Under the pieces are notes generated by a model. That model did no database searches. It saw nothing but the letters and a program-made list of their open reading frames with translations, and was not told where the DNA came from. Made by a program: the position numbers and the translations under genes. From Gemmatimonadota bacterium (GTDB taxonomy: Bacteria; 4572-55; J002): 52,165 bases of DNA. Of the stretch, positions 1 to 9,532 are shown in pieces. The DNA lies in assembly GCA_003697105.1 (NCBI GenBank), contig RFFQ01000005.1:1-52165 (forward strand), given 5' to 3'. The stretch's first letter is position 1. Each line of letters starts with the position of its first letter.

Positions 1-2
1 CT

Positions 3-431
3 TTTGTATTTTTCCTACTAATTTTCCAATATTTGAGGGCTAAATTGAACTCCAAATTATTTGGAAGTATTGTAATTGGCTCGTGGTTTCTCCTGATGAT
101 TTCAATTATTTTGATGAATCAAACGAAGGAGGCGTATAGTAAACCTGCAAACGTTATTACGGCGGATTTTCAAGTAATAACGGATCGGATCGGAATTAAC
201 AATTCCATTTACATAGATGGCGATTATGCGACATTTGCCAATGCAACTCATGCCCTTGGGTTTTATCTATCGGGGAATTTTATTGTTTCCAATCTAAATC
301 AGGCAGATTATGTGATCAGCCGGCGTAAGCAGTTTAACCCGTGTTTATTGACACCTCATAATTCTGTAATGTTTCTATTTGATAATCCATGCCAAGATGT
401 GCGTAATACCAATAGGAAGAGACCCCAATGA
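3..431 (+). CDS. Partial (5'-truncated by window edge) membrane protein, possibly a glycosyltransferase/surface-modification protein C-terminus
   Basis: Frame is open from base 3 (FVFFLLIFQYLRAK...) to TGA at 429-431; hydrophobic stretches; visibly AT-rich relative to the rest of the window; ATGA overlap with next gene. Confidence 0.5.
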   Translation, partial: FVFFLLIFQYLRAKLNSKLFGSIVIGSWFLLMISIILMNQTKEAYSKPANVITADFQVITDRIGINNSIYIDGDYATFANATHALGFYLSGNFIVSNLNQADYVISRRKQFNPCLLTPHNSVMFLFDNPCQDVRNTNRKRPQ

Positions 432-1330
432 ATAAATTTTATTACCATCACCTCAACGTATTTGCTACAGAACCCTTTTGCGGTGCGCCAGTTACTGTTT
501 GTTTGAACGCCGCCGATTTACCCGAGGCGATGCTGGAAAAGATTGCCACGGAGTTGCACCTGCCGCACACAGCGTTTGTCCTGCCGCCGGGGGATTCTCG
601 GGCAGATTTCCGGGTGCGGGTTTTCACCCCGGAGATGGAGCTTGCTTTTAGCGGTGCCGGAATTACCGGTATCTTTTTTGCCTTGGCTCAAGCTCGCCAA
701 CATGGGTTAGACCAGGAGGGAAATCACTTTTTTTACGTGGAAACCGGCTTGGGGATTTTTCAGGTGGCGGTGGTCATCGACCCGAAACGAATGCCCTTTG
801 TGCGGATTGCTTTACCCCGCTTCATTTTTACCGAAACAGAGGATGTCAATCCCCAGCTATTGATCCGCTATTTTAAGGTCTCCCAACTGGCTTCAGATTT
901 CCCGCTGGTGCGCTGTGAAAATTACCTGCTGGTGTCGCTCCCCACACTCCAAGCGTTGGATAACCTTGACCCCGATTACCGCGCCTTGCGCAACCTGAGC
1001 CGCACCATCGGGGTGGATACCTTCATTTTATACACACTGAGTCATGTGGATACGGTCGCCAGCTTGCAAATGCGGGTCTTTCGTCCCGCGCTGGGCATTT
1101 TGGAGGAGGTCGTCACACCCATCGCCCACGGAATGCTAGGCGTTTTTCTGTATGAATGTGGGGTGTGGCAACCCCAACAGGAGGAGATCGCGTTCATCGG
1201 CGAACAAGGCGACCGGCGAGACCGCCCCTGCCGGGTACTAACCAAAATCAGCTTGGAAAAAGACGAGATCACAGCGGTTGAGGTCGGTGGAACTGCCGTA
1301 CAAGTCGGCTCAGGGTGGTTGGAATTTTAA
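428..1330 (+). CDS. PhzF/diaminopimelate epimerase-like family isomerase
   Basis: N-terminal NVFATEPFCGAP, RVRVFTPEMEL, MRVFRP..GILEE and C-terminal VEVGGTAV match the PhzF family pattern. Confidence 0.85.
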   Translation: MNKFYYHHLNVFATEPFCGAPVTVCLNAADLPEAMLEKIATELHLPHTAFVLPPGDSRADFRVRVFTPEMELAFSGAGITGIFFALAQARQHGLDQEGNHFFYVETGLGIFQVAVVIDPKRMPFVRIALPRFIFTETEDVNPQLLIRYFKVSQLASDFPLVRCENYLLVSLPTLQALDNLDPDYRALRNLSRTIGVDTFILYTLSHVDTVASLQMRVFRPALGILEEVVTPIAHGMLGVFLYECGVWQPQQEEIAFIGEQGDRRDRPCRVLTKISLEKDEITAVEVGGTAVQVGSGWLEF

Positions 1331-1379
1331 CATAAGAGCCTAAAGGTTTCAGGATGATACGCTTCAAACGGATTTGCTA

Positions 1380-1408
1380 TTGAAATTATCCTGTTTCCGG
1401 CATATATT
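1380..1408 (+). promoter_or_regulatory. Putative sigma70 promoter
   Basis: TTGAAA-17 bp-TATATT upstream of the alkaline phosphatase-family gene. Confidence 0.45.
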
Positions 1409-1412
1409 CGAC

Positions 1413-1450
1413 AATGCCATCTTAACTGGTTAAGATGGCATTTGCTTTTT
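1413..1450 (+). terminator. 14-bp inverted repeat with T-rich tail (terminator/attenuator or operator)
   Basis: AATGCCATCTTAAC-TG-GTTAAGATGGCATT followed by TGCTTTTT. Confidence 0.6.
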
Positions 1451-1470
1451 GCACCTTTAGGGGATGTTGA

Positions 1471-2652
1471 ATGGCATACCAACACGCATTTTTAATTATT
1501 ATTGACGGGTTGCCGCTAAATACCTTTCAGCAGGCAGAAATCCCATTTATCAGACAGTTGATTGCCGCTGGCGCGCAATCCACCACGTGCGAGGTGAACA
1601 CGCTACCCACCGTTTCACGCGGGGCACATGCCACAATTGCCACGGGAGTCACGCCGGCACAACATGGTATTTATGGCAACCGGTATTATGATCGAATCCA
1701 GAAGCGAGTGCGGGGGTTTGGACCCGCCCAGCTACGGCGGGTAACGTTTGCCCATTATGCAGAACAACAGGGCAAGCGAGTAGCGGTCACCGGTAACAAA
1801 GGGTTAGGGTTATCGGATGGGTCACTGGAAGCCCTTCTACCGGGGGATGAAGGCGGCTCCGGCGCCCTGGAAATTCTGGGTAAAGGCGCAAGTATTCTCC
1901 GCACCGTGAAAAACGATCCCATGTTGCGCGACGCTCGCCGGCAAATTCTCAGCGAAATTCAGCAAAAAAACACCGCTTCTTATACCAAGTACATCGAATT
2001 TGATAATGTCGCCGCCCGGCTGGTCTTTGATATTTTAGAACACGACCACCCGGATATATTAGCCGTGAATTTTGTCGGAGCAGACAAAGCCATCCACGCT
2101 TACGGACCCACCAGCCCCGAAGCCCTGCAAACCCTCGCCAATATTGACCGGCTAATACAGTGCATGTTTGAGCGGGTGAATCCGCACCAGACCTTCTGCC
2201 TGATTACTGCCGATCACGGCAATACCGCCGTGACCCGGCACATTGATCTGACCACTTCCGGTACTCACGCCGGTTCAATCGAAGCGATTGTAACAGAGGG
2301 ACGCCGTTCTGCCCGAATTTACCTTTCGGACCGGGCGTCTCTCCCAGAAGTTGAGATGCGCTACCGCCACCATCCCGGAGTCGGCCTGGTGAAGGTCAAC
2401 CATAACGACCCTTTCACGAACGGCGACCTGTGGCTCTATGCCGCCGGTCAGACCACGTTCGGAGTTGATACAAAAATTACACGCCGCGCCTGTCATGGCT
2501 CTCCCGCCGATTCCGACCGGCTTGTCCCAATGGTGATCTGGAATCCGTTACAAGCCAACGGGTATCGTATCCAACAGCAGACGGACATCGCCGGGGCGCT
2601 GGCTCACGCGATGAATTTTCGGATCAGAAATGGCTCACCCACCCGAATTTGA
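1471..2652 (+). CDS. Alkaline phosphatase superfamily / nucleotide pyrophosphatase-phosphodiesterase-like protein
   Basis: Metal-binding motifs IIIDGL, TVSRGAHATIATG, DKAIHAYGP, TADHG, CHGS; no signal peptide. Confidence 0.85.
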   Translation: MAYQHAFLIIIDGLPLNTFQQAEIPFIRQLIAAGAQSTTCEVNTLPTVSRGAHATIATGVTPAQHGIYGNRYYDRIQKRVRGFGPAQLRRVTFAHYAEQQGKRVAVTGNKGLGLSDGSLEALLPGDEGGSGALEILGKGASILRTVKNDPMLRDARRQILSEIQQKNTASYTKYIEFDNVAARLVFDILEHDHPDILAVNFVGADKAIHAYGPTSPEALQTLANIDRLIQCMFERVNPHQTFCLITADHGNTAVTRHIDLTTSGTHAGSIEAIVTEGRRSARIYLSDRASLPEVEMRYRHHPGVGLVKVNHNDPFTNGDLWLYAAGQTTFGVDTKITRRACHGSPADSDRLVPMVIWNPLQANGYRIQQQTDIAGALAHAMNFRIRNGSPTRI

Positions 2653-3079
2653 TCATCTGAAAGATATTTTTCAAGCCGGCTTGAATCGCGCCGATCCATA
2701 CCAAATGGTGATCGATACCGTGCGATTAGAAGGCGACCAGCTACACCTCCGCACGGATACCGGTCCTTTGGAAGTGGATTTGGCTCAATTTGATCGCATC
2801 GTGATTCTCGGTTGGGGGAAAGCCTCTGCCCGCATGGCACACGCCCTAGAGACGATCTTGGGGGATCGTATTTCCGAGGGTTTGGTCGTCACAGCATACG
2901 GACATACGGCATCTCTGAACCGGGTCAAACTGTGGCAAGCCGGTCATCCCGTGCCCGACGAAAACAGCCTCCGTGCCGGAGAAGCGCTTAAAAAACATGC
3001 CATAGCCGCCGAAGAACGTACATTGGTCATCAATTTAATTTCCGGGGGCGGATCGGCATTGGTGGAGTGTTTAGTTTGA
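2630..3079 (+). pseudogene. Truncated glycerate 2-kinase (type 2, DUF4147/MOFRL family), N-terminal part only
   Basis: GWGKASARMA, AGHPVPDENS and LISGGGSAL motifs, then stop after 149 aa; no continuation visible before the next gene at 3186. Confidence 0.8.
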
Positions 3080-3185
3080 TGGTTTCTGCCGCCGCCATGG
3101 CCCCACCAAGCCTCCGAACATTGCAAAGCAACTAAATTTCGGACAATAACCGGCTAATCTCTTCATTTTAACGCGCACAAGGTCT

Positions 3186-4475
3186 ATGCTGGAACAACTC
3201 ATTGCGCTGTTAGTCATGTTTTTCCTGATGGCGCTCACCCACATTCTACCGGTGGGGGCATTTGAAGATAACAGTATTCGGGCGGCGACAGCATTGGGAT
3301 TTATCATCCCGACGGCATATATCATTGGCAGCGTGTTGCACCGGTTTAAACTGCCCAAAATTACAGGCTATATGATCGTGGGCGTCTTGGCGGGCCCGTA
3401 TGTTCTTGATTTTTTAACTGAGCCGATTGTGCATGACCTGACACTCATCGATCAGGTCGCATTGAGCCTGATTGCCTTTTCTGCCGGACGTAAACTGAAA
3501 ATCAGTATGCTTCGCAAACGGGCAAAACCGATTTTGTACATCACCCTTGCTCGTACCATCGTTTGTGTGACCCTCGGCTTCGGTTTTACGTACCTCATCG
3601 GACCTCACTTTTTTGCGTTCTTAAAAGGGCAACCCCAGTCGATCATTGTGGTGGTCGCCATTTTTTTTGGCATTTTCTCGCTCGCCACCTCGCCGGTGCT
3701 GACCATTGCCGTCATTGAAGAAACCAAATCCGAAGGACCCATTACGGACACCATCTTAGGGTCTGTGGTTCTGGCGGATTTGATAATCATTATGCTGGCG
3801 GCAATAGCCGTATCCCTTTCCAAAGCGATCCTCAGCAATGCCGGCATTGATGCGGTCGTCTTTGGACGGCTCAGTTTGGAACTGGTCGGCTCTTTCCTCA
3901 TGGGGATACTCTGTGGCGGCGGCATCGCCCTCTATTTACATTATGTGAAAGAGCAATCCGCTTTTTTTGTGCTGGCAGCCGCGTTTATCTGCACCCAAAT
4001 CGCAAACGTCTTCCATTTGGATGCCCTCTTACTGTGTCTTTCCGCCGGATTCGTCATCGAAAATGTGTTTCATAAAGGGAATGACTTTTTAGCGGCGATC
4101 TCTAAAAGTACCCCGCTCATTTATGTCATTTTTTTTCCGATCACGGCGGCAACACTCAATCTCCACGCGATTCAAATGACGTGGTACGTTATTTTGACCT
4201 TGCTCCTCCTACGGAAAATATCGGTCTTCACATCGGTCTATTTGGGGAGCAAACTGTCCGAGGATAATCCGGGGATGCGGCGCTGGGGTTGGTTGGCATT
4301 TTTTCACCAAGCGGGGGTTACCCTAGCACTCGCCGTCATTATTGACCGTTCCTTCCCGGAATTTGGGGGCTATGTCAAAGCGGTGGCGTTGGGAATGGTT
4401 GCCTGCACCGATTTTTACGGGCCAGCATTATTCAAGTTTGCCTTGTGGAAAGTTGGCGAGGCAAAGGTCGTCTAA
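3186..4475 (+). CDS. Cation:proton antiporter (CPA2/Kef-like membrane domain)
   Basis: Many TM helices; KLPKITGYMIVGVLAGP and ATSP motifs typical of the Na/H exchanger family. Confidence 0.85.
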   Translation: MLEQLIALLVMFFLMALTHILPVGAFEDNSIRAATALGFIIPTAYIIGSVLHRFKLPKITGYMIVGVLAGPYVLDFLTEPIVHDLTLIDQVALSLIAFSAGRKLKISMLRKRAKPILYITLARTIVCVTLGFGFTYLIGPHFFAFLKGQPQSIIVVVAIFFGIFSLATSPVLTIAVIEETKSEGPITDTILGSVVLADLIIIMLAAIAVSLSKAILSNAGIDAVVFGRLSLELVGSFLMGILCGGGIALYLHYVKEQSAFFVLAAAFICTQIANVFHLDALLLCLSAGFVIENVFHKGNDFLAAISKSTPLIYVIFFPITAATLNLHAIQMTWYVILTLLLLRKISVFTSVYLGSKLSEDNPGMRRWGWLAFFHQAGVTLALAVIIDRSFPEFGGYVKAVALGMVACTDFYGPALFKFALWKVGEAKVV

Positions 4476-4499
4476 ACCACTATTTTCAAGGATAACCCA

Positions 4500-5009
4500 A
4501 TGGCAGAACACCTGATTTTAGTAGATGAACAAGACCGGCAGATTGGTACAGGGGAAAAACACGCGGTTCATATCGCCGGACAGTTACACCGGGCATTTTC
4601 GATTTTTGTCTTCAACAGCGCCGGAAAATTATTGATCCACCAACGTGCCTTCCACAAATATCACAGCGGCGGCTTGTGGACCAACACCTGTTGCAGTCAC
4701 CCGCGTACCGGAGAAACCTTGAACGAGAGCATTCATCGCCGGTTAATGGAAGAAATGGGATTTGATTGTACACTTGAAGAATACTTTAGTTTTATCTACC
4801 GCGCCGAGTTTGAAAACGGCTTGATCGAACACGAATTGGATCACGTGTTTGTGGGTCACTATGAGGGCGATCCAAACCCCAATCCCGAGGAAGTCGCCGC
4901 TTGGAAATGGGCGGACCCCGCCATGTTACAGCAGGATATAAACGCGCACCCTTCACGATACACGCCTTGGTTTAAGTTGGCGTTGCCCGGTGTCCTCCGC
5001 CGCCTTTAA
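4500..5009 (+). CDS. idi: Isopentenyl-diphosphate delta-isomerase type 1
   Basis: LHRAFSIF, WTNTCCSHP, EHELDHVF and YTPWFK motifs. Confidence 0.97.
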   Translation: MAEHLILVDEQDRQIGTGEKHAVHIAGQLHRAFSIFVFNSAGKLLIHQRAFHKYHSGGLWTNTCCSHPRTGETLNESIHRRLMEEMGFDCTLEEYFSFIYRAEFENGLIEHELDHVFVGHYEGDPNPNPEEVAAWKWADPAMLQQDINAHPSRYTPWFKLALPGVLRRL

Positions 5010-6460
5010 CCCGAAACGGGGAGAGGCTGCAACTGCGACCCGTAGCGAACTTGATAGGTCTCTAAAGGGTGTGTTTTGCCCTTGACCTGAAGCTGGTCAA
5101 AGGGGTGTAAATGAATTTCGAGGTCATTCAATCCAGCGATATTCTGAAGGCTGTTATACGCCGTTTTGGTCAATAAAATTTGATGTTTTTGGGCAGATTG
5201 GCATAGCCGCGCCCCCACATTGACGGCATCTCCAATGACGGTGTAATCCATGCGGTCAGGACTGCCCATAGCGCCAACCACGACTTCTCCAACGTTAATC
5301 CCGATCCCCACGCCCAAATCAAGTTGGTACTCCATAATGATTTCCGCCGTGCGTTGCTGGATTTCTACAGCACACCGGATGGCACGCTCAACCATCTCCG
5401 AGCCACTGAATGTCGCCACCAGTTCATCCCCCACATATTTATCCACATCACCACCGTACGCCTTCACAATGTCCGCTTGATAACTCAGATACATATTGAG
5501 CACTTCTACCACTTTTTCCGGATCGGTTTTTTCCGTAAATGAGGTAAATCCACGAATATCGGAGAAAAAGACGGTCAACCGCTCTCGTGTTCCCCCCAAC
5601 TTGATTTCCCCGGAATCCGCTGAGGCGGCGGCAGAAATCGTCTGCTGCGAAACAAACTTTTCCAGATTAAACTTGGTACGAAGTTCCCGAATCATGGTGT
5701 TCATGCGTTGCGCCAATTCACCAATTTCATCATCCGAAACAATCTCAATATGTGCTGATAAATCACCGCGCCCCACTCGCTCAGCAACGTCTCCGATGTG
5801 GTGAATCGGACGCACGACTACATTATTCAAAAAGAAACCTAAAACAAGCCAACTGAGAAAGATCGTCAGTAAACCAACAATAACGGAATAATTTCGATTT
5901 TGACGGATTTGATTTTCAATGGGGGTCAACGAAGATGAAACCTCAATCACGGCCCGGATCGGATGGTCATCCTCATGGCACTTTTGGCACTGTGGGTCAT
6001 TGAAGAGCGGGTCTAACCGCGTCATAAAGCGGGTACCCTGATGGGTATCTTCCGTGAATTCCATTGATTGACCGGTTTGCAAGACCATTTGCACACTATC
6101 GAGAATCGCTTGCTTCATGGCAAGCGACCACACCTCTGTGCTATCGGGCTCCACCTCATTGCTATAAACTTCATCCCCTTTTTTATTGTAAATCCGAAGC
6201 TTTTCCACATACATTAAATTTTTACGGATGTCTCGAATCAACTCTTTAGCTTGTTCGCCTTCTCCAGACAGCATCACGGTGCGGATACCCGATTTGAGCG
6301 CGTTGGAAAGCGTTTCCGCCTTCTGCCGGTTTTGTGTCAACAGCGCCTCTGAGTTACTCACCAGACTCAGAATAGCATAGCTCCCAAAACCCAAGATCAA
6401 GACAACAATCAGCAAAGTGATGATTTTCCGTTGCAAACGAGTACGGCGAGGAATGATCAT
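5006..6460 (-). CDS. Membrane-bound class III adenylate cyclase with periplasmic heme-c (CxxCH) sensor and HAMP domain
   Basis: Two TM helices, CQKCH in the extracytoplasmic part, HAMP (DEIGELA), FSDIRGFT, DKYVGD, DYTVIGDAVNVGARL; start moved to ATG 6460 (AGGAG RBS). Confidence 0.92.
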   Translation of the reverse strand: MIIPRRTRLQRKIITLLIVVLILGFGSYAILSLVSNSEALLTQNRQKAETLSNALKSGIRTVMLSGEGEQAKELIRDIRKNLMYVEKLRIYNKKGDEVYSNEVEPDSTEVWSLAMKQAILDSVQMVLQTGQSMEFTEDTHQGTRFMTRLDPLFNDPQCQKCHEDDHPIRAVIEVSSSLTPIENQIRQNRNYSVIVGLLTIFLSWLVLGFFLNNVVVRPIHHIGDVAERVGRGDLSAHIEIVSDDEIGELAQRMNTMIRELRTKFNLEKFVSQQTISAAASADSGEIKLGGTRERLTVFFSDIRGFTSFTEKTDPEKVVEVLNMYLSYQADIVKAYGGDVDKYVGDELVATFSGSEMVERAIRCAVEIQQRTAEIIMEYQLDLGVGIGINVGEVVVGAMGSPDRMDYTVIGDAVNVGARLCQSAQKHQILLTKTAYNSLQNIAGLNDLEIHLHPFDQLQVKGKTHPLETYQVRYGSQLQPLPVSG

Positions 6461-6473
6461 AAAACTCCTGCGG

Positions 6474-7679
6474 CTAAAGCGGTACGGTGGCGCCGAATAC
6501 CTGACAATCAGTTCCGGCAAGGAGGGTGTACTCCGTCAAACATGCTGGGATAAGTACGCACTCACCCCGTGAGAGGGTGTGATCACCAAAACATCCCTTT
6601 AGGCACACCGCGCCCGAGGTGACCAATAAAAGTTGCACCGCGCCCGGATTTGGCACAACCTGCAAGCTACCGGCGGGAAGCGCCCACCGCATCACCTGAA
6701 ACGCATTACTCGGCACAGCGTACACTTGCGAAACGTCATCTGTTGCCGGAATGACCGGACGACCGGCGTTCGCGGTATAATCCAAAATATTGATGAGGGT
6801 CGCGGCATCTTTAAATTTGGAGGTTAGCCCCAAACGCACCACATTATCGGAATTTGCCATGCACTCCACAATATTGCCTTGCAAATAGCTGTGGGGTACA
6901 CCGGCGGCAGTGTACATCGCTTCCCCAGCGGTCAACTCGACCCGATTCAAAAAAAATAGCACAAATAGCCCAATATCCGCTTGGGAGTAGATTTGCCGTA
7001 ATTCCAAAAATAGTGACTCGTGCGCCGTATGGACCGGCTGGTTGGCAAGTCGATCCGCTAACTGCTCGATATACGGCAACAGTTCATCCTCATGGTGGAT
7101 CGTATATCGAATCAGACGGCAAAACACTTGCCGAACAAAAGCGGCGTCATCAAGTTCTCTGTTAGGCTGCCACTTCATAAACGTCGCAATTTCTGGGTAT
7201 TGGCTGAGGACAGCTTCAATCTCATGGCGGGATCGAAATCCAACCAAGGCGGAAAGTGAGTCCAATGCGATGGCAATTTCCGGCTTGTGGTTCGCATCGG
7301 GATAGTGTTCGGGGTCATGGGCATGGAGGAGTTCTGCCTGCGCTTTATTGGGGTGAGTTTGGATGGACAGCGCTTGACCGGCAGAGAGGACTTTCAGTAA
7401 AAATGGAAGTTGCGCACCAAACGTTCGGACAACCGCCTCGCCTAAAATGGCGGTTGGATGTGCCGCAATCCACTGGTGAAGGGGGCATTCCGCACCATCG
7501 TCAAATTGCACCGTGGAAGGCGCTTTGGGATGTGCCCCAATCCACAACTCGGCGTAAGGCCTGCCCGGTTGAGGGGATATTCCCAGTAATTTTGGAATGT
7601 ACGCACCGGCATCGCGTGTTCCCCACGCATAGGATTGAATCTGAGGTTGCAATCGATACGGTTTCGGTTCTGGTATCAT
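6474..7679 (-). CDS. manA: Mannose-6-phosphate isomerase class I
   Basis: YAWG, AELWIGAHP, LLKVLSA..ALSIQTHP, NHKPE, ANSDNVVRLGLT; start approximate (7679 or 7715). Confidence 0.95.
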   Translation of the reverse strand: MIPEPKPYRLQPQIQSYAWGTRDAGAYIPKLLGISPQPGRPYAELWIGAHPKAPSTVQFDDGAECPLHQWIAAHPTAILGEAVVRTFGAQLPFLLKVLSAGQALSIQTHPNKAQAELLHAHDPEHYPDANHKPEIAIALDSLSALVGFRSRHEIEAVLSQYPEIATFMKWQPNRELDDAAFVRQVFCRLIRYTIHHEDELLPYIEQLADRLANQPVHTAHESLFLELRQIYSQADIGLFVLFFLNRVELTAGEAMYTAAGVPHSYLQGNIVECMANSDNVVRLGLTSKFKDAATLINILDYTANAGRPVIPATDDVSQVYAVPSNAFQVMRWALPAGSLQVVPNPGAVQLLLVTSGAVCLKGCFGDHTLSRGECVLIPACLTEYTLLAGTDCQVFGATVPL

Positions 7680-7752
7680 CCGGTTATTCTGTAATAAGCT
7701 ATGGGTGTGAAGCAATTCCGTACAGTGTGTTGTCCGTATTCAAATCACCTGA

Positions 7753-7781
7753 ACAATAGGTTTTCTCATCCGGTACGTCAA
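7753..7781 (-). promoter_or_regulatory. Putative sigma70 promoter for manA-cyclase
   Basis: Minus strand TTGACG-17 bp-TATTGT. Confidence 0.55.
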
Positions 7782-7815
7782 GCAATTTCTATGCGATAAA
7801 TTGCAAATCCGGTGC

Positions 7816-7844
7816 TTGACATTCCCCGGCATTTCTATTATCCT
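7816..7844 (+). promoter_or_regulatory. Putative sigma70 promoter for the trmB operon (divergent from manA)
   Basis: TTGACA-17 bp-TATCCT. Confidence 0.6.
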
Positions 7845-7893
7845 TTGCTCGCATCCAAAACATCATGATTATCGACTCCAACATTCATCCCGT

Positions 7894-8535
7894 ATGGCAA
7901 AACGAAAGCGCCAACATTTGGCAGAACTCGAAACTTTTGATAATGTTTACCAGCAACCCGTCCTCTGGAAAGGGCAATGGGCAACAGAATGTTTCGGCAA
8001 TTCCCACCCGATCACATTGGAACTCGCTTGCGGTAAAGGCGAATACACCGTTGAACTGGCACGGCGTTTCCCACAGACCAATTTTATTGGGGTCGATATA
8101 AAAGGTGCTCGGATTTGGCGGGGTGCGAAAACCGCCATCGAAACGGGCATTCCAAACGTCGCCTTCATCCGTACCTATATCCAGTTTTTGCCAGAATATT
8201 TTGGCAAAGATGAAATTTCCGAAATTTGGATCACGTTCCCGGATCCCTACATCAAACCCTCCAAATGGCGCAAACGCCTGACCTCTTCATTTTTCCTGAA
8301 TATTTACCGGCAGATTCTCAAGCCAGAAGGGCACATTCATCTAAAAACAGACTCCGATAAGCTCTACCAGTTCACGCTGGAGACCCTTCAAGCGGAAAAA
8401 TGTACCGTACAGGCGCAGATCGATGATATTTACGGGCAAGACTGCCCGAATGAGCTCCTAAGCATTCAAACCTACTACGAAAAAAAACACTTGGCGAACC
8501 AACGAACCATTAAATATGTCTGCTTTACATTATGA
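7894..8535 (+). CDS. trmB: tRNA (guanine-N7)-methyltransferase
   Basis: LELACGKG, GVDIKGARI, ITFPDP, HLKTD, TYYEKK; ATG 7894 lies downstream of the promoter. Confidence 0.95.
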   Translation: MAKRKRQHLAELETFDNVYQQPVLWKGQWATECFGNSHPITLELACGKGEYTVELARRFPQTNFIGVDIKGARIWRGAKTAIETGIPNVAFIRTYIQFLPEYFGKDEISEIWITFPDPYIKPSKWRKRLTSSFFLNIYRQILKPEGHIHLKTDSDKLYQFTLETLQAEKCTVQAQIDDIYGQDCPNELLSIQTYYEKKHLANQRTIKYVCFTL

Positions 8536-8562
8536 TCGCCTGACTCTTAAGGAACGTATGAA

Positions 8563-9486
8563 ATGAAAAAAGTCTCTGCTACAACCGAATTTATTGTTGG
8601 ATTGACGGTGATTATAGCCCTGCTGATTCTCATCTTCGGTACTATCTGGATGGGGGAAATTGGCTTCCGGAAAGACCGACTGGTCATCAATGCCGTCTTT
8701 GATGACATCGGCGGCTTGCAAGAAGGCGATCCAGTCACGGTCGCCGGTTTGAACCGGGGAATTGTGCGCCGTATTGACCTAACAGACAGTGGCGTACTCG
8801 TGGTGATGGGATTGATTACCGAAACCTATTTGCCGGTCGATTCCGAAGTATCCATTCAAAATAACGGCATGATGGGTGACAAACTGGTCGATTTCAACCT
8901 CGGAGACAGCCGTACCTATGCGGAAACCGGACATACCTTTTATGGCAAGTACTCCCCCGGTATTATGGAAGCCGGCGATCAAGCACAAGAACTCATCACA
9001 CACATTGAAAATTTGGTCATTGCGGTGGAACAAACCTTTGCCTCGCAACACCGCCAACAACAGATTGATTCAATCCTGATCAATTTGCAAGGGGCAACTC
9101 GCAATGCGGAAGTCCTCACCGCGGATGCAATCGAACTGATCCGCACCAATCAGGAACATATTGAGCAAGCAGTCACAAATGTGCGTGACATGACTGCCGA
9201 CCTGAAAAACCTCGTGGAAACACGCCGCCCAACCGTCGATTCCACCTTGAGCGGAATTAATGATGTCACGGTGCAAGTACAGACGATCATGACCCGAATC
9301 GATTCTCTAACCCTTTCCCTAAATGAAATTGCGAATAAGATCAATAATGGGGATGGACTGGTTAGTAAAGTACTGGATGATGAAATGCTTTACCAAGACC
9401 TGCGCACGGCGTTGCATAATTTGAATGAACTGGTGATTGATGTGCAAAAGCACCCCCGCAAATATCTCACTGTTGAACTTTTCTAA
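8563..9486 (+). CDS. MlaD/MCE family lipid transport protein
   Basis: N-terminal TM, GGLQEGDPVTVAG MCE motif, helical C-terminus ending HPRKYL. Confidence 0.9.
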   Translation: MKKVSATTEFIVGLTVIIALLILIFGTIWMGEIGFRKDRLVINAVFDDIGGLQEGDPVTVAGLNRGIVRRIDLTDSGVLVVMGLITETYLPVDSEVSIQNNGMMGDKLVDFNLGDSRTYAETGHTFYGKYSPGIMEAGDQAQELITHIENLVIAVEQTFASQHRQQQIDSILINLQGATRNAEVLTADAIELIRTNQEHIEQAVTNVRDMTADLKNLVETRRPTVDSTLSGINDVTVQVQTIMTRIDSLTLSLNEIANKINNGDGLVSKVLDDEMLYQDLRTALHNLNELVIDVQKHPRKYLTVELF

Positions 9487-9532
9487 ACTAATAACCCAGA
9501 CCCGAAATCCTATCCCTAATCCCTAACCCCTA
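9487..9532 (+). repeat. Short C-rich tract with ~7-nt periodicity (CCCTAA-like units) filling the intergenic space
   Basis: ...ATAACCCAGACCCGAAATCCTATCCCTAATCCCTAACCCCTA-ATG between the MlaD stop and the next start codon. Confidence 0.55.
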
